Origin: Ranitomeya imitator
Taxonomy: Eukaryota
NCBI RefSeq assembly: GCF_032444005.1
Contig: NC_091284.1
Span: 181,102,001-181,166,000, forward strand
Direction of reading: 5' to 3'
DNA: 64,000 nt
The translations under genes were made by a program, and so were the position numbers. The notes beneath the pieces are model-generated. The model saw only the letters and a list, made by a program, of their open reading frames with translations. It did no database searches and was not told the origin of the DNA. Positions 62,382 to 64,000 of the stretch are shown one piece after another. The first letter of the stretch is position 1; every line of letters begins with the position of its first letter.

Positions 62382-64000
62382 AAATGTTTTTTTTTTCTGT
62401 TTTTCTGTAGTGTTTTGTTGAAAAAAAAAAAAAAACAGTTCAGTTTCTAAAAAAAAAAAAATTTCGTTCCTTTAAGTTGTGTGCTGTTTTATTTACTAGC
62501 GGAGCACGCCAGGGCCAGCCAAGGCAGACACAAGAGAATTAGTTAACCTTTCCATATAGTGTGTGCAAAATTGGCAGACAGCTAGTTTACCTTTCCATAT
62601 GGTGTGTGCAAAATTGGCAGACAGCGCAACTGAGTTTGCAAATCGCATAGTAATGCCTCCATCTTGTGCGTCTGCTTGCCAGATGCACAAGATGGCTGCC
62701 GGAGGTGTTTTATCCATCATTACACCATATACATAGATAAACATTATTGAATAGCCATAACTATACACAAAAGAAACAAACAACTGAAAGACATTTCATA
62801 CCGTTGATGAGCAAGAAAAGAAACGATGAAGACGCCTGCAGTAGAATACGTTCTAGACAGAACGTCCACGGGAGAAGAGGATCGTAGCTGGCGAAGGATC
62901 GTTCCGAACAGGACGCTGGAAAGGCAGAAGACCGTGAAGACACAGCGCTCCAACAATATGAATCAATCGCTGTAGAGTTGCGGTTTATATTCCGGGACGC
63001 CGTAACGTCACATCCTGGGTGTCTCCCTGTGCAGAAAACACACCTATCTGGCTACGTCTGCATCGTTAGATCGTTACACTCTTGCTGTGTGACACTGAGC
63101 AAACGACTAGCGAGGACGATCTGTGAGTCGCTGTTACGTCACTATATCGCTCCAGCATCGTTCGTAGGTTGGTGTGTTTGGCATCTCTGCAGCGACCTAA
63201 ACAGCGACGTTCCAGCGATCTTATTTTGGTCGGATCGTTGTCGTTCTCGTTGTAAAATCGTCTAGTGTGACGGTACCTTTACTGTTGTAGCTCCAGGGGG
63301 GGATCTCTGTAGATGTTTATCTCAGGAGAGGTGATATATTATAGAGATGTCAGGACTGCGTCTTTGATCATCACATTAGCTAAGCATCAGGCCAAAGGGC
63401 AGTTACTCCATGGCAGTTAGTCAGGGCAGGAGTCAGGTAACCCACACTCTGCTCTCCCTTTTATCCATGTGCTTTATTCCTATCCTCCTATATTCCCTTG
63501 CCATCCAAATTCACCGCCCAATCCCCCTTCATCACAACTCCTATACATCAGTCCCTCTATACTTTCCTCTCCCATGTACAGCTCCCATGCACTTCTCACC
63601 TTCCTGAAAAACGTCAGTCCATCTTGCACAAACACACTGCACAAAAAATCTTCGTACAATTTCAAAAACTTCTTGCTTTTTATCTTCCTACTCCTACTGA
63701 TTTCGGCGGACATCTCCCCCAACCCCGGCATTATTGCCCTGGGTGGCATATGGGGCCTGGTGGGCAGAGGGGGCCCGCATCGGGCCCCGTCTCATTTCCT
63801 CACCGGGCCCCTACTGGCAGGCGAAACCGGGCCCTTAGCGGCGCTGCAGCAGTTTAATGCTATTGATGAGCGGGCCCGTGCCTGCATGTCAATAGTTAAC
63901 AGCCGCCAGCCAATTAGAGGCTGGCAGCTGTTAGGGGTCGAGTTCCCGCTTCTGCACAGGGGGAATCTCGAGCCACTTCCGCTGCGGTCTCCCATTCTTG

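Larger units (their letters stand above)
54269..63278 (-). mobile_element. PIF/Harbinger transposon copy B, inverted relative to copy A
   Basis: Same 46-bp TIRs; TTA at 54266-54268 and 63279-63281; all listed ORF translations identical to copy A apart from (TA)n and N-run lengths. Confidence 0.95.

Noticed and set aside
45274-63278. Palindrome as a simple fold-back assembly artefact
   Set aside because: Mirroring ends exactly at the TIRs, each arm has direct TTA TSDs, flanks and spacer are not mirrored, and the arms differ slightly; disfavoured but not excluded without reads
63480-63749. 89-aa minus-strand ORF as a MADF/Myb relic of the older Harbinger
   Set aside because: Resemblance too weak to support without a profile search

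Overview
Eukaryotic, transposon-saturated DNA. The repeat families (Tc1 IR/DR, hAT, piggyBac, Harbinger MITEs, Helitron, Neptune-type Penelope) suggest a frog genome; this is inference only. No host gene can be confidently identified. Two structures dominate. (1) 29-9227: a divergent (head-to-head) dimer of a Neptune-type Penelope-like retroelement (PLE), flanked as one unit by a 14-bp target-site duplication (TSD). The element has two overlapping ORFs: a helical ORF1, and an RT + Cys-linker + GIY-YIG ORF2 in the -1 frame. An in-frame U_UUU_UUA slippery heptamer sits in the overlap, and a minimal hammerhead-ribozyme-like motif with U3/A8 covariation lies in the 3' region. (2) 45274-63278: an 18-kb near-perfect palindrome of two near-identical ~9-kb PIF/Harbinger transposons. 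Each copy has 46-bp TIRs and its own TTA TSD, and the copies are 21 bp apart. Each appears to carry three genes: an intact DDE transposase, a 2-exon MADF gene, and a predicted 8-exon Myb/SANT-like + coiled-coil gene with tandemly amplified 75-nt exons. Each also carries a back-to-back pair of hammerhead-like motifs between its convergent genes. The region between (9.2-45 kb) is nested, mostly decayed Helitron, Tc1, hAT, piggyBac, solo-LTR, MITE, PLE and tandem-repeat DNA. All boundaries, splice models and RNA folds were read by eye, without alignment or database searches.
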